Assembly (NCBI GenBank): GCA_965203905.1
Contig: CBDBDQ010000005.1
Location: forward strand, 1,888,001-1,952,000
Source: Spirochaetia bacterium
Lineage (GTDB): Bacteria > Spirochaetota > Spirochaetia > SZUA-6 > Bin103
DNA: 64,000 nt
Direction of reading: 5' to 3'
Below the pieces are notes generated by a model. The model did no database searches. It had not been told where the DNA came from and saw nothing but the letters and a program-made list of their open reading frames with translations. This document shows positions 22,801-33,073 of this stretch, one piece after another. Position 1 is the stretch's first letter. Each line of letters opens with the position of its first letter. The position numbers were made by a program, and so were the translations under genes.

Positions 22801-23088
22801 GATTTATTCGAAACAGGACCAGGTGAGCAGCCGAAGCGGTGGTGCGAAGTCAAGGCTATGACCGGCAACCTCTCTGGACGCCCAGTGGCACTGTCCCGAA
22901 CGCAGTTCGATTTTGCTCGCGAGCACGGCGATGCGTATTGGCTCTACATTGTCGAGCAGGCGGGTACGGACAGCGCCCGCATCGTCCGCATCCAGGACCC
23001 GGCCGGCAACGCTCGAAGCTTCACATTTGACCACGGTTGGCGTGAAATTGCTATCTTGGATCGCGATGAAGAACGCCAAGTGGACTGA
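19849..23088 (+). CDS. Sacsin/NO VEIN-type GHKL ATPase with C-terminal DUF3883 nuclease-like domain
   Basis: FIFELLQNAEDA, IGKFGIGFKSVY, FLVQGPYRTTPSRD; C-terminal PGFDL..CEVKA..LSRTQ..YWLYIV. Confidence 0.88.
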   Translation: MAIDYAAVANDQARLKRTATNSIRTLARLYADRAHFIFELLQNAEDALRRRPAAWSGPHTVKFQLCSQSLRVSHYGEPFNNRDVENICSVGETEKELTDIGKFGIGFKSVYAFTDRPTIHSGPEDFAIEDFVRPTAAPRIDRDPGETAIIIPVPVTDELAHPEIARGLGSLGASTLLFLREIEGIHWNVESGRSGLYLRDSKEITPGVRAVTVMGKEDTQPELHEEWLIFSRAVTTNGGLAAGQVEIAFSLVKDDQLQLERIGRLRRSPLVVFFPTVLETHLGFLVQGPYRTTPSRDNVPDKDDWNRHLVGETALLLRQALRWLRDNDFLDTNGLACLPIDSAMFGQDSMFAPLYDATKSALSSESLLPRFDAGHVAAARARIGRTQELRNLLTPDQLAALYGEKHQLVWLSGDITQDRTPELRRYLMQRLNIPELTAETVIPQLGREYLEKQSDIWIERLYEFLSGQPSLRQRLEDAPLIRLENGTHVPPRLGGQAQAFLPSEVATEFPVVRSTVCASERSLEFLRSLGLSQPDPVDDIVRNVLPRYRAHEADVNYADYETDIGRILNAFATDSKGQREKLEAALRESVFVMTVDSGDRSKRVSKPGKVYLSTERLRELFDGVDRVFLVDSDYPCLRGDSIRELLESCGATRSLRSVAVACDLSEEYLAEIRRNAGLERSTSDKAITDWTLHGLDGLLRLLPNLELVERKRRAALLWEALVDLENRRGSRAFVAEYLWSYSHETKTATIDAAFVRQLLKTEWVPDSDGNLHAPELVAFATLGWKRNPFLLSKIRFKPPIIDQLAKEAGIEPGVLDLLKKLGVTSEAKLRARLGVPRDDDATVSDSEKDLQDVVEKLVGTPNTTPIVSDSADQEPVKRDSIGGRAGFGAGAGSGDERKPGSRASGDASTLDIDTHARPTGGKRLPGSSGGRPFVSYVGVHMEDEVPDPDDLNQAARMALEERAIEFILSHETGWQRTPPYHPGFDLFETGPGEQPKRWCEVKAMTGNLSGRPVALSRTQFDFAREHGDAYWLYIVEQAGTDSARIVRIQDPAGNARSFTFDHGWREIAILDRDEERQVD

Positions 23089-23599
23089 CGTGATGACGAG
23101 TTTGGTATGGGATCTAGATTAGACACAATAGGATCCCTACAGGTTCTGCAAGAAGCCATTCAATAGGTTCCAAAGGTATGTAGGAATTTGGTAGGCTTGT
23201 GTCCACCAGACAGCATGTGATGTCGCTGCCCAGTTTATTCATGGCACTTTCGCCCTATAGCTGCGCAGATAGATCCGTACATTCTATCCTCAATCGAGCA
23301 AAATATGATGGCCTCTCAGGTCTATGGAGACCTGGTAAAGACAGAGAATCTGGAGCCCTCACGGATTATGATTGACAGGAATGAAACTCAAAACATATTC
23401 AACTCGGACTCTTGAGGGAAGAGTGGCCACCCCTTAGCGGCACATTCGAGAAATGAACGGCCCCGGCCCACGGGGTGTCGGATCGGGGCGGCCGGGTCGG
23501 GTGGCTCGAGAAGGGTTCAGTGGAGCAGTGAGGGCGTCGGAGGCATGCTGATCTGCCCCTGAACGCCACGATGGCCAAGCCGCAATCGGCGGGCGTGGG

Positions 23600-24146
23600 T
23601 CCCGTTGCGTATCGTGGCCACCACCAGGAGCTGCAGGAGAAAGTGGCCCGCCGGGATGAGGGCGACAGAAACGGCAGCTTGGAAGGCTGTTGCTTTCGAG
23701 AGAACAGGGGGATACTACTCTCAATGTACCAACACTTGGCCTCCGCCTGCGGCAGGGCCGACCTCTAACCGCAGGCGGCGAGACGGTGGCAGAAGTTGTC
23801 GACCGCCACGGCAGCGAGCTTCTGGAGCTGCCGAAATGAAAGCCGCGGACGAGTCGGTCGCGTCCAGCGACACCGCGCCAGTACAGAACCCCGCCGCCGC
23901 TTATCGCGAACGCCTCCACCCGTCCGGGCGCCGCAGCATGCGCCGGGAACTCGCCACAACGAGCGGCAGGTCTACGCGACCAACGGCGGCAAGGAAGCGA
24001 TCGACGCCTGGATCGCGATCCGCGGCGGCTGGCCGGGCCCCCTGCTGTGCCCGGTCGCCAAGGGCGGGCGCATCAAGCCACGGGACATGACCGCTCAGGC
24101 TGTGATGGTGCGGGTGCGCAGCATCGCAGAGCAGGCGGGGCGTTGA
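23600..24146 (+). pseudogene. Decayed phage hypothetical gene end plus internally deleted tyrosine recombinase
   Basis: Near-identical to 27085-27258 joined directly to sequence matching 27699-27870. Confidence 0.8.
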
Positions 24147-24410
24147 CCTGGTTACCCCAATATGGGATGCTGACTCGGACGATGGGAGAAGTGGTGGGGT
24201 GTGGCATCCGGTTCCCGGACGACTACCGGCTGGGAGTGCACGAAGAGAGCGCCACCACGGCGCACATGATTCTGCTGCCCTCGAATGAGTTCAGCCGGGT
24301 TGAACTGAAATCTGCTGCTGGAGGCCATCACGGCGGCTCATCCTCTTGGTAGGATGATTGCTTGATTAACCAGACATTAAGCGGTCCAGCACAATACAAA
24401 GGACTTGGCC

Positions 24411-24776
24411 ATGCGTATTTCGATTCTGCTGATTCTTGTGGTGGCGCTGACTGGCTGCGCCACACTGTTCAACGACAAGACGCCCTCGGTCGGTATGCGG
24501 TCGAATCTGGACGCAGCCGAAGTGTATGTGAACGGGTCCTATGTAGGCGAAGCACCGATTGAGGTGGACCTGTCGATCCGGAAGGACCACACGATCCTGT
24601 TTCGGAAGGAAGGGTACCGGGACAAGACGTACAGGGTGACGAGGTCGGCGGGATTGGGGTGGATAGTCCTGGACATCCTGGGAGGGCTGGTGCCCCTGAT
24701 CGTGGACGCTGCGACGGGCGATTGGTTCATGCTGGACACGGATGAGGTGAACGTAGTTTTGCAGCCATCGGACTAG
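24411..24776 (+). CDS. PEGA-domain lipoprotein
   Basis: LTGCATLF, AEVYVNG..G.AP, FRKEGY, LIVDAATG. Confidence 0.85.
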   Translation: MRISILLILVVALTGCATLFNDKTPSVGMRSNLDAAEVYVNGSYVGEAPIEVDLSIRKDHTILFRKEGYRDKTYRVTRSAGLGWIVLDILGGLVPLIVDAATGDWFMLDTDEVNVVLQPSD

Positions 24777-24907
24777 AGATAGCTTACGCCACGGGGGTTC
24801 GAATGACGCTACGCCGCGCGGCCGATCGAGGGAATCGTCTATATACCGTCACCGTCCGTGGCGGGAAGGATTCCAACCGCACGGGGCATCTAAAGAGGAG
24901 GTTCAAG

Positions 24908-25252
24908 ATGAAGAAGTTGACCCGCGGTAGGATGGCACTAATCTTAATACTGATCGTTTGTGTAAGTTGTGCAACGACCAAGATTCCAGCCGCTACAGGT
25001 GGTAGCAAGGCCGATGCTACGGTTGTTATGGGGTATCAATACGGTGGGTTTGAAAGACCTGTCGTTGATTGGGACGATGCAGCCGAGAAAGCCACTCAGA
25101 TATGTCAGAATTGGGGATACGATTATGCTGACACCTTCGGTGGAATAATGCGCGAATGCAACGCGTTTAATGCGTACGGCTGCACCGGTTATCTTGTTAC
25201 AGTCCAGTATCAGTGCATAGATAATAAGGAAAAATCGGACCGAAATGAATAG
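24908..25252 (+). CDS. YecR-like lipoprotein
   Basis: SCAT..ATGGSKADATV, CQNWGY..A..FGG, VQYQC. Confidence 0.85.
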   Translation: MKKLTRGRMALILILIVCVSCATTKIPAATGGSKADATVVMGYQYGGFERPVVDWDDAAEKATQICQNWGYDYADTFGGIMRECNAFNAYGCTGYLVTVQYQCIDNKEKSDRNE

Positions 25253-25991
25253 ACTCTGCGTCATCGACCACGTGCGACGCCAGAGGCGGTAACCGTGGAA
25301 GGAGAGAAGATGAAGTCCAACTTTAGGACGACCGTCTGGACGGGAATGGAAAGCCATAAGGGCATTAGCACATCTTGGTAGGATCGTCCTGGCGCATCCG
25401 GAAGACGGGAGCGTCCGCAGCAGTTGTCGATCAGCTCAGGAAGAAAGCGGAAGCAGACCGGACTGTTTGCGCCAGCCGGCATTGATTTGCGGTGTCTCAT
25501 TGATCGCGCGTTTACGGACGCCGAGATTGACGCTCTCGTTGCGTGGAGCGAGTTGGTGGCGCAGGGGGGCCGGGAGCACACGAGTGCGCCGGCACTTGGT
25601 TGATAGAAGCAGTCTTACCGGAAGTCCCGCTTGGCCGAGTTCGTTTCTGCGAATGATGGCTGCTGATCCGAAACCAGCCCTGCGCGACGGCTGCCTATCA
25701 CGAGGCAACGCGGCTGTACCGCCGGTGCCGCCGAGAAGGCGAGACGGTGCGGCGGCTGATCGCCGCCGCCAGCGGTACCGGCGTCCCGGTGCTGCGCGAC
25801 GACTCTTTCGACGTGCTGGCCCTTCACACCGAACTCGATAAATCGTCCGGTGACTGGTAAATTTCAACTTCCCGTAACTGGCCTTTCTGTCGCGCCCTGG
25901 GACCGCTGCTCCGTTGCGCCGGACGGTCATGAGTGACGCCCGCCTGCTCCGGACGCCCATTGAGGGTCCGAATTCAAGCGCTTGGTGGCGG

Positions 25992-26669
25992 TTAGCGCAG
26001 GTGGGTATAAACGGAGTACTTGGCCATTTCGGAGTCGGTCATCCAGTGCATTCCGTCGGCGGGCGCAGCCTGGAGCGTGAACCAATAGAACTCCTGGTCG
26101 ATTGCGAGCGCGCGGTAGTAGTCGAGATAAATCCGGTGGGCCTCGGCTTCGCGGGAAATGGTGGCGCCCGTCGCGGAACCGTCCGCCCAGCTATGGACCC
26201 CGATCTTGGCACCGCGTTCGACAATACGCAGGATCCCGGCCAGGAGCAGGTCGGTGCCGCCGGAAGCGACTAGGCCACCGGACGGCAGGTAGGTGATGTA
26301 GTTCGCTTCGCGCAGCATGAGACCCAACTCCAGATTGGTTGTATCGTGCGCCGAGCCGGGGACGTGGGTTAGCACGACTACACCCACGTCGGGCGCGGCC
26401 AGCAACGCCTTGTATACGCGGCGGGCGCTACGGCGGTTGACCACGCCTTTGACGTACAGAAGGTCACCGCGTACCGAAAGCCGCAATCGGTCGCCCTCAG
26501 GTTCGACAAGATCGGCACCTGTCAGGTGCTCGGCTACCGACTGTGCCAGTCGCTCCACGTCGGCGTCAGTCACCGGATCGCGGTCCGGCAACGTCAACGC
26601 CGCAGCGTGGCCGCCGCAATAGACCGCCACGCTGCATAGCAGCAGGCCGCCGGTCGCAACCACACGCAT
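25992..26669 (-). CDS. Secreted ClpP/crotonase-fold (COG3904-like) protein
   Basis: VPGS, VASGGTDLLLAG, IGVHSW, MHWMTDSEM. Confidence 0.7.
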   Translation of the reverse strand: MRVVATGGLLLCSVAVYCGGHAAALTLPDRDPVTDADVERLAQSVAEHLTGADLVEPEGDRLRLSVRGDLLYVKGVVNRRSARRVYKALLAAPDVGVVVLTHVPGSAHDTTNLELGLMLREANYITYLPSGGLVASGGTDLLLAGILRIVERGAKIGVHSWADGSATGATISREAEAHRIYLDYYRALAIDQEFYWFTLQAAPADGMHWMTDSEMAKYSVYTHLR

Positions 26670-27141
26670 CACACCTGCAGGCCACGCCGCGTGAGATACC
26701 GTCATAGGCGCCGGCAACGCTCAGAGGCCCAGGGCCGTGGGCGAAGTGGCCAGCGGGTCGAATCCGTTGCGTGAGAGTCGCATGAGCGCACAAGGGTACC
26801 GCGTGGCAGGCACCAGCGGCCAGCTTTTTCGGGGGACAGCGATGGTCCCATCTGCCAACGCGACGACTATCTGGTAGCGATCTTGACTGGCGCTGACCTG
26901 TACAAGGGTGGTGGGATGCGAACGCGGGGACTAGAACGTGACCAAAAGGAGCCGGACTGCCGACCAACGCGAAAGTGGTTGGAGCTCCCACCGGACCCTA
27001 TCGTCGGCGCGCCAGTCCTCGAGCCAACCCGACGGCGGGCTGGGTAGGATTGGCCTGGTGCTTTCGCCGAAACAGGGTGGTACTGAGACGGTGGCAGAGC
27101 TTGTCGACCGCCGCGGCAGCGAGCCTTCTGGGCCTGCCGAA

Positions 27142-28027
27142 ATGAAGGCCGCGGACGAGTCGGTCGCACCCAACGACTCCGCGCCAGTACAGAACCCCGC
27201 CGCCGCTTATCTCGACCGCCTCCACCCGTCCGGGCGCCTCGGCATGGAACGGGAACTCGACTGCGCAGTGGCAATCTTCACGGACGACGCCGTCACAGAT
27301 GCGACGGCGTTCGACTGGTCGCAGATAGACCTGCAGCAGGTCCAAAAAATGCGTTCGGTCATGCTCGACCGCGGCGTCGCCGCCGGCACCGTCAACCACC
27401 ATGCTCTCCGGGGTCCGGAGCACGGTGCGCATAGCATGGGAACTCGGGCTGGTAGACGACAAGACGCGGATCGCTGTCGAGGACCAACGGAACGAGAAGC
27501 CACAGCCGCGCCGGCGTGCAGGACGATACGTCCAACGGGACGAGGTTCGCCGCTTGTTCGCGGCGCTTGGTACCGATCTTATCGGCGCCCGTGATGCAGC
27601 CATGCTCGCGCTACTCTACGGCGCCGGCCTGCAGCGCTCGCAAGCAGCCGCGCTGCAGCTCGCGGACTACGACCAGGTGTCCGGAGCCATCGTCATTCGC
27701 CACGACGAGCGGCAGGTCTACGCGACAGACGGCGGCAAGGAAGCGATCGGCGCCTGGATCGCGCGCCGCGGCGACTGGCCCGGAGCCCTGCTGTGCCCGG
27801 TTGCCAAGGGCGAAAAGCTCCAGCCGAAGGCCATGACCGCCCAGGCGGTGATGGATCGGGTGCGCACCATCGCCAAGCAGGCGGGCGTCGACCCGGTTAC
27901 TCCGAACGATCTACGCCGGACGTACTTGACCCAACTGGAGCAACGGCAACTCGATGCCCGGACGAAGGGCAGGCCCGAAGGGGTGCCGGCATCCGTAATG
28001 CTGTCCGTTCCGTACCAAGCGCCCTAA
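27142..28027 (+). pseudogene. Tyrosine recombinase pseudogene (frameshift near 27400, catalytic C-terminus lost)
   Basis: NPAAAYL, ARDAAMLALLYGAGLQRSQ, TPNDLRRT (R>Q and H>N changes; no GH or catalytic Y); paralogue of 43971-45080. Confidence 0.85.
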
Positions 28028-28156
28028 CCTAATTCGACGATCAATCCGGCGGGGAGTGAACCAGCACAGCGCTCCAGGCGACAGAAGCACTCTTAACGGC
28101 AGCGGCAGGTCACTTGGCTCATGCGCGGCGGGGCAGCGCCCGGTCACTGAAAGACG

Positions 28157-28411
28157 TCAACGGTTTTGTAGCGCCTCCAGGGCATCCACCTGGTCGCTCT
28201 CGGCGACGGACAACCGGTAATGCTTCACGGCTTCCTGCTTCGCAGCCTCGGCATTGTCCGCCTGCCACACGATGACGTACAGCTGCAGCACGATCCCTTG
28301 ATCGCCCTCGGCCTCGACCGCGAGCGCATCGCCCACTGGCAACGGGCGCCAGCGCCAGCATGCCGATTCCAACGACTCGCCAGCACGGCACGTTACCTGC
28401 AGGGTCACCAT
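28157..28411 (-). CDS. Small hypothetical protein
   Basis: ORF with RBS-like upstream sequence and normal composition. Confidence 0.4.
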   Translation of the reverse strand: MVTLQVTCRAGESLESACWRWRPLPVGDALAVEAEGDQGIVLQLYVIVWQADNAEAAKQEAVKHYRLSVAESDQVDALEALQNR

Positions 28412-28486
28412 CCACTGCTTTGGACGCCGTATATCGCACTGTTCCATCGCGGATTCTCCTTGCTGTAAAAGCCGGTCCGCGGCTCT

Positions 28487-28687
28487 TCACAGTTCTGTCT
28501 CGGCTACCCCGGTATCCTTCATCAGTCGAAGCTGAATACTGATCTTCAGATCCCTGTTTCCGTGCACCGGGACTACCACCCTGCTGCTTCCACAGGACAA
28601 GGCGTGGTGGCTTCCCCTGATTCTATCTATGACCCACCCCTTGGACTGCGGGATCCGTACAAGTCGCCGTCCTGAAACGGCTTTCAC
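28487..28687 (-). CDS. hicA: HicA-family mRNA interferase toxin
   Basis: GWVIDRIRGSHH, VVVPVHGNRDL; GTGA overlap with hicB. Confidence 0.9.
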   Translation of the reverse strand: MKAVSGRRLVRIPQSKGWVIDRIRGSHHALSCGSSRVVVPVHGNRDLKISIQLRLMKDTGVAETEL

Positions 28688-28938
28688 ACAGCAACCTGTA
28701 GGACCTCGCGGACGTTCTCTTTGGGCTCGTTCATGGCCATGTAACGCTCCGGTTTCTCGGCAACTAGCTGCTCGGCGGCCCCCGCGCCATATCCCGCGTC
28801 GATGTAGCACTGGACGGCTTCGCGGACATTCCCTTCGAGCTCGTCCATGGTCTCGGCCTGGGTGTAACACCCCGGATACTCGGGCATCTCTGCCCAATAG
28901 CCGCCTTCCTCAGCACGATACACGTGGACGGTCACCAT
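28684..28938 (-). CDS. hicB: HicB-family antitoxin (short, no DNA-binding domain)
   Basis: AEEGGYWAEMPEYPGCYTQAETMDEL..NVREAV. Confidence 0.92.
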   Translation of the reverse strand: MVTVHVYRAEEGGYWAEMPEYPGCYTQAETMDELEGNVREAVQCYIDAGYGAGAAEQLVAEKPERYMAMNEPKENVREVLQVAV

Positions 28939-29036
28939 CGAACTGCCCTCTGTCGTGTCCTGACCCGCCATGCGGTCCTCCGAAGGAGGCGGTGCTGGTC
29001 AGATCCCCGATCCCCAAGCGGCCCCCAGGTAGAGGC

Positions 29037-29504
29037 CTAGACCGCCCCTCCTTCGTGGCGAAGTAGTCTGGCGAGCTCGGTGCGCACCGTCAACGGCCGG
29101 CAGGCCGAGTAGCCGGTGGCCTCCGGGGGTGCTGCCCTTTGGGCGCCGCCGTAGAACCCATCGCGGCGGTAGCAGAGCATGGTGCGGGCAGAGCACAAAC
29201 CGCCGGCGGCAGGATCGTAGGTGAGTTGAGTCTCGGGCCAGCCGGCGGCCGGCCGCAGAACCACGATGACCTGATCGGAGACGCGAGAGAGGATCCAGGA
29301 TCCGGTTTCGGCGTGGCCTAGGCCGCGGCCGTCAAGAGAGAGGCGGCGGTAGGTGCCGTCAGGTGAGAGGTGGAGCCGATCGGAGTAGGTACCCTGGTGG
29401 ATGAGCCATGTGCCGGAGAGGTTGGGGAGATCGGCATGGGCGGTAGGACTGAGCAGCAGCAGCGGAAACGCGAGCATCAGGCGGGTGTGAGGATTACCCA
29501 TCAC
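29037..29504 (-). CDS. Secreted hypothetical protein, possibly lipocalin-like
   Basis: Signal peptide; LSGTW, LSPDGTY, ETGSW. Confidence 0.55.
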   Translation of the reverse strand: MMGNPHTRLMLAFPLLLLSPTAHADLPNLSGTWLIHQGTYSDRLHLSPDGTYRRLSLDGRGLGHAETGSWILSRVSDQVIVVLRPAAGWPETQLTYDPAAGGLCSARTMLCYRRDGFYGGAQRAAPPEATGYSACRPLTVRTELARLLRHEGGAV

Positions 29505-29731
29505 TGAGCGGTGCTCCTACCAGAGGAAACCATGCCGGAGCCGGAAAGTTGCATTCCGAGCGCCCCGGACGCACCGTTTCCGCTGCCCTGCGATGGGTGC
29601 GGCTTGACGGTCGCCATTCTGCCGGCACCGTTACGGCCAGCAGGATCGCAGCCATGGCGGATAGCCGCGGCACTCACGGGCGTCACCGGGAGTCCCGCGC
29701 CGGTGACCCTGAGGGGGCGACAGCACACTCG

Positions 29732-30355
29732 TTACCGGAGAAGCCTGTACGCCTTCTCCACCGTGGAGAAGATGTTCGGAATCATCGCTGACTCGAACGC
29801 GGATAAGTCGATCCGCAATATTTCGTCGCTGGGGAACGGTGCGACCATCACCGGAAAGTTGGCGAAGTCGTAAACGATTGGGGCTCTGTTCTCTGCTGTT
29901 CTCAGCATCAGTTGGATAAGATAGAAATGGATTCCCTGCATCGGCTCATCCTCAGTTCGGAGGATCTTCGCATATTGGTCCATACGGTTGTTGAATACAT
30001 CAGCAAGCGGAACGCCTAGCGATGATTGAAATGCCTGTAGGAATGTCGGGATCAGCCTCTCTTGTAGTATGCTCTGGCGATGATAATCGTACCCTTCCTT
30101 GAGATGCCATACATCAAGACGGAAGTACATATACGTTCCAAGCTCAAAAATTGTTGCGTCACCCGTGAACTTACGGCGCGTTCGATCAAGGGAATCCCGC
30201 GAATATGGCTTGGATATTGTGCGCTCAGGCATGATGCTCTTGATCAGAATTACCGCTAACCCGTCCATAACAGAATTCGGATCGTCTTCTCTCATCGTTC
30301 TCTTGGCGTATCTTATAGCCTGATTGAGCCACTGACGGACCTTTGACCTACGCAT
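29732..30355 (-). CDS. Hypothetical protein
   Basis: Low-GC open frame of about 207 aa with upstream GGAG. Confidence 0.6.
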   Translation of the reverse strand: MRRSKVRQWLNQAIRYAKRTMREDDPNSVMDGLAVILIKSIMPERTISKPYSRDSLDRTRRKFTGDATIFELGTYMYFRLDVWHLKEGYDYHRQSILQERLIPTFLQAFQSSLGVPLADVFNNRMDQYAKILRTEDEPMQGIHFYLIQLMLRTAENRAPIVYDFANFPVMVAPFPSDEILRIDLSAFESAMIPNIFSTVEKAYRLLR

Positions 30356-30647
30356 GAGCCTTCTCTCCTGCAGCGAAGCGGGTGCGACGGTGGGATCTCG
30401 GAGCGGCTGGTCGCCTGTATTACCCACCGTCAGCCGGGTGCCAGTCGCCCCCAGCGTAACGGCGCAGGGTGACAACAAAAGGGATATACACGGCCATGCA
30501 CAGGGTCAGGAATACGCCCAGGGCCACGCCGCCGCCCGCGATGGCGATGGCCTTGGCACTCACGGGCGCCATCATCCTCGACTGGCGCCACGGCGTCAAG
30601 CTGGCAGTATCCCTCGCTGCCGCCGCGTGCGACAGAACCACAGTTAT

Positions 30648-31320
30648 GTGCGTCCAGCAAAGGCTGGCGCGTTCAGCGGGAGACAGACCCGCCGGGGCAA
30701 AAGCCAGAGCCCCGTAGCTTGAGTGACAGGGAGGAGGGAAACCGAGTGAACTGAAGCTCACTGACACGGCCACCGGAAGGGTGGTCGGCGAGTCACCGGG
30801 CCGTAGCGAAAGCGAACGCGCAGGTGGCCACGAAATGTTCATGCCCCGGAGGCCGAGTCTGCGTAATTGGGATGAAGGCAACATGGCGCAGCGCAGACTG
30901 GCTGAAGCGCTGCGGCACTCCGGCGTGGTGGTAGCGACGGCACGGCGACAAGGACGCGCTAAGCAACTGGAGAAGCCCTCCTCGCCCCGGCGAGAAATCG
31001 GCGGAGCAAGGTAGGCCGTATAACCGGGAGCACCGGGTGGTCGGCCGACAGGCGAGAGGGTGGCGGCGAGGCTGGTAGTACCGAGGAAGCCGGGTAACGC
31101 CGGTGGAGGGAAGCGGCCCTGCTGCCTGCGACGACTTCGACAACATGGGAGGCAGAGGCGAGATGAGAAAGGCGCCGATCGAGCTGCGGGACCTGAGACG
31201 AAGGATATACGTGAAGGCGAAGGCAGAACCAGAATGGCGATTCTGGGGCCTGTTCGTACACGTGTGCAAGATGGAGACCCTGCGTGACGGGGTGACGTTC
31301 GAGTCCATCGAGGCCAGCGA
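30648..31320 (+). mobile_element. 5' fragment of a group II intron with truncated RT/maturase
   Basis: GTGCG 5' end, GTAGTACCGAGGAAGCCGGGTAACGCCGGTGGAGGGAAG DII/DIII motif, ORF MRKAPIELRDLRRRIYVKAKAEPEWRFWGL..DGVTFESIE; no YADD, DV or DVI. Confidence 0.9.
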
Positions 31321-31336
31321 GACCGCGGCAGCGCCG

Positions 31337-31804
31337 CTACCTTGATGTTGACTGAGCGATTTTCAGCGCCTCGTACAACCTCAGCATTTCATCAACTGTG
31401 GCTACCGCACCACTACGTCTACTCTTTCTTGCAGAATCCCGAAACTGCCTTAATGAAGATATGGTCCATTTTATGTAATCATCACAGTTTGCCCTGTATA
31501 TTTTGGTCTCTATTAGAAGCTTACAATCATTCAATACAATGTCATTCTCTGAGTCGTTGGCTATGTTTTTCACTAGAATCGCCACCGATGGCTGATGGGC
31601 AAAGTGAACTCCGCTATCGCGGCATTCTATCGATATCGGCGATTGAAGAAGTCTGATAGCTTTCCCCGGGCGGCATCCAGTAAAGTACGTATCGACAAAG
31701 TCCGTCGCAAATACATAATACCCGATTAGGGATGAAAAATCTTGGGGCACTGCTGCCGTGGCGATCAGCACACTCAGAAATGCCATGACGATGATACGCT
31801 TCAT
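31337..31804 (-). CDS. Secreted hypothetical protein
   Basis: Signal peptide MKRIIVMAFLSVLIATAA; strong RBS. Confidence 0.65.
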   Translation of the reverse strand: MKRIIVMAFLSVLIATAAVPQDFSSLIGYYVFATDFVDTYFTGCRPGKAIRLLQSPISIECRDSGVHFAHQPSVAILVKNIANDSENDIVLNDCKLLIETKIYRANCDDYIKWTISSLRQFRDSARKSRRSGAVATVDEMLRLYEALKIAQSTSR

Positions 31805-31948
31805 TGTTCTCCTCCTCCCGCCTTCTCGCGGATAACGTCAGCTCGGCGCTGGTACCGCCAGAGCGTCAGCAACGGGCTATGTTTTGTTCCCGGCGGGACG
31901 GCCAGCAAAGCGAGCGCACCTGAGAACCGCACTCCGTTCACCATTATC

Positions 31949-32893
31949 TTACCTAACCGGAATAAAGTTCGAATGGACAAATGCCTCATCGTCAAATTCG
32001 GTCGCTCCAGTCCGCCATCCGGCACTCTCCAAGGCAGAGCCTGCCACAAGCTTATTCATCGTTTTGCACACAGTAGTTGAGTATAAATATCTGTCACTCA
32101 TGACGACGGTACGTCGGTTATATTCTTGCACGTCCCGACGGGAGATGATGCGACACTTCTGGTCTCTCTGTTTCCAGGACAGAAAAAGCATTACTTGAGG
32201 ACTCAAGGGAAAACTCACTTCAACGGCCTCATGAGCCAACGCCCCACCATATACAGCCACCGGTGTGTCTCCGGTGAAAAAGCGGGCATCATGTGGAGCG
32301 CACAGCACTTCTACATTCATTTTGGAAAGAAGATCTAGGAGTGGACTGGATGAAGCACACTTGTACATTTGCTCGACCAAGGCCCAATTGGCGATTTTTG
32401 TGGATACCATATCCTTAAACTTAATCATTCCGTGTTCTTTGAACGCCGTTGCTAACTCCGGCGGCGGCGCTGGAAGCCGTCCCTTACGCAGCATAGTATC
32501 ACTTACCGTCTCTACCGTTGTCCGCATCAAGTTCTCTATCATACCTTTGAACTTCGGAACTCGGCAGTACATCAGAGCAACCACAAATGCCAGCTCTTGT
32601 CTATCAGGCGTTTCGACAGAACGACTATTAATTATCCGTGACAAGAGACTCGCGTGTACGCTTTCCACCCGCGACAGCACGGTTTCAACGGACTTGCGGT
32701 CCACACCCTTTCTTGTGTCAATCGTGTTGTAGTCCCGTAGAACACCGGTACTGTGTACTGCGGCAGGGAACGACCGAGCGTCTTTAGATTTCTCAATCAT
32801 GAAGATCTGAGAATTTTTTGTCACTTTCGGTTCTATCCTAAAGAACTTGAGGTAGAATTTCGGAAGAAAATGATGCTTCTTAGGGTCGGGCAC
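31949..32893 (-). CDS. DUF4238-like protein
   Basis: KHHFLPKFYLKFF, FFTGDTPV, FPLSP. Confidence 0.85.
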   Translation of the reverse strand: MPDPKKHHFLPKFYLKFFRIEPKVTKNSQIFMIEKSKDARSFPAAVHSTGVLRDYNTIDTRKGVDRKSVETVLSRVESVHASLLSRIINSRSVETPDRQELAFVVALMYCRVPKFKGMIENLMRTTVETVSDTMLRKGRLPAPPPELATAFKEHGMIKFKDMVSTKIANWALVEQMYKCASSSPLLDLLSKMNVEVLCAPHDARFFTGDTPVAVYGGALAHEAVEVSFPLSPQVMLFLSWKQRDQKCRIISRRDVQEYNRRTVVMSDRYLYSTTVCKTMNKLVAGSALESAGWRTGATEFDDEAFVHSNFIPVR

Positions 32894-33073
32894 TCTAACT
32901 CCTCATCATTGAAATTAGTGCAGTCCCCGCTTTCGTTGCCGCTTCCGCGCTCATAAGGCGATAGCCGCATCTGAGACCTGTCGTATCCTTACCTTGGAAG
33001 CTGCCTACTCCTTGAGCGGGTAACCGTAGTGAACTGCCGTCGTCTGTCCGCGTAAGGGAGATCTTAGAACGAA

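Noticed and set aside
24792-24810. Fifth T-loop module (GGGGTTCGAAT)
   Set aside because: No complementary CC stem after the loop and no closing stem
30648-31345. Retron or diversity-generating retroelement
   Set aside because: RNA motifs and ORF are group II intron type; no RT core and no TR/VR pair with adenine-specific differences
24400-32900. Integron cassette array
   Set aside because: ORFs lie on both strands, I saw no recurring attC (RYYYAAC..GTTRRRY) pairs, and the recombinases lack the IntI-specific insertion
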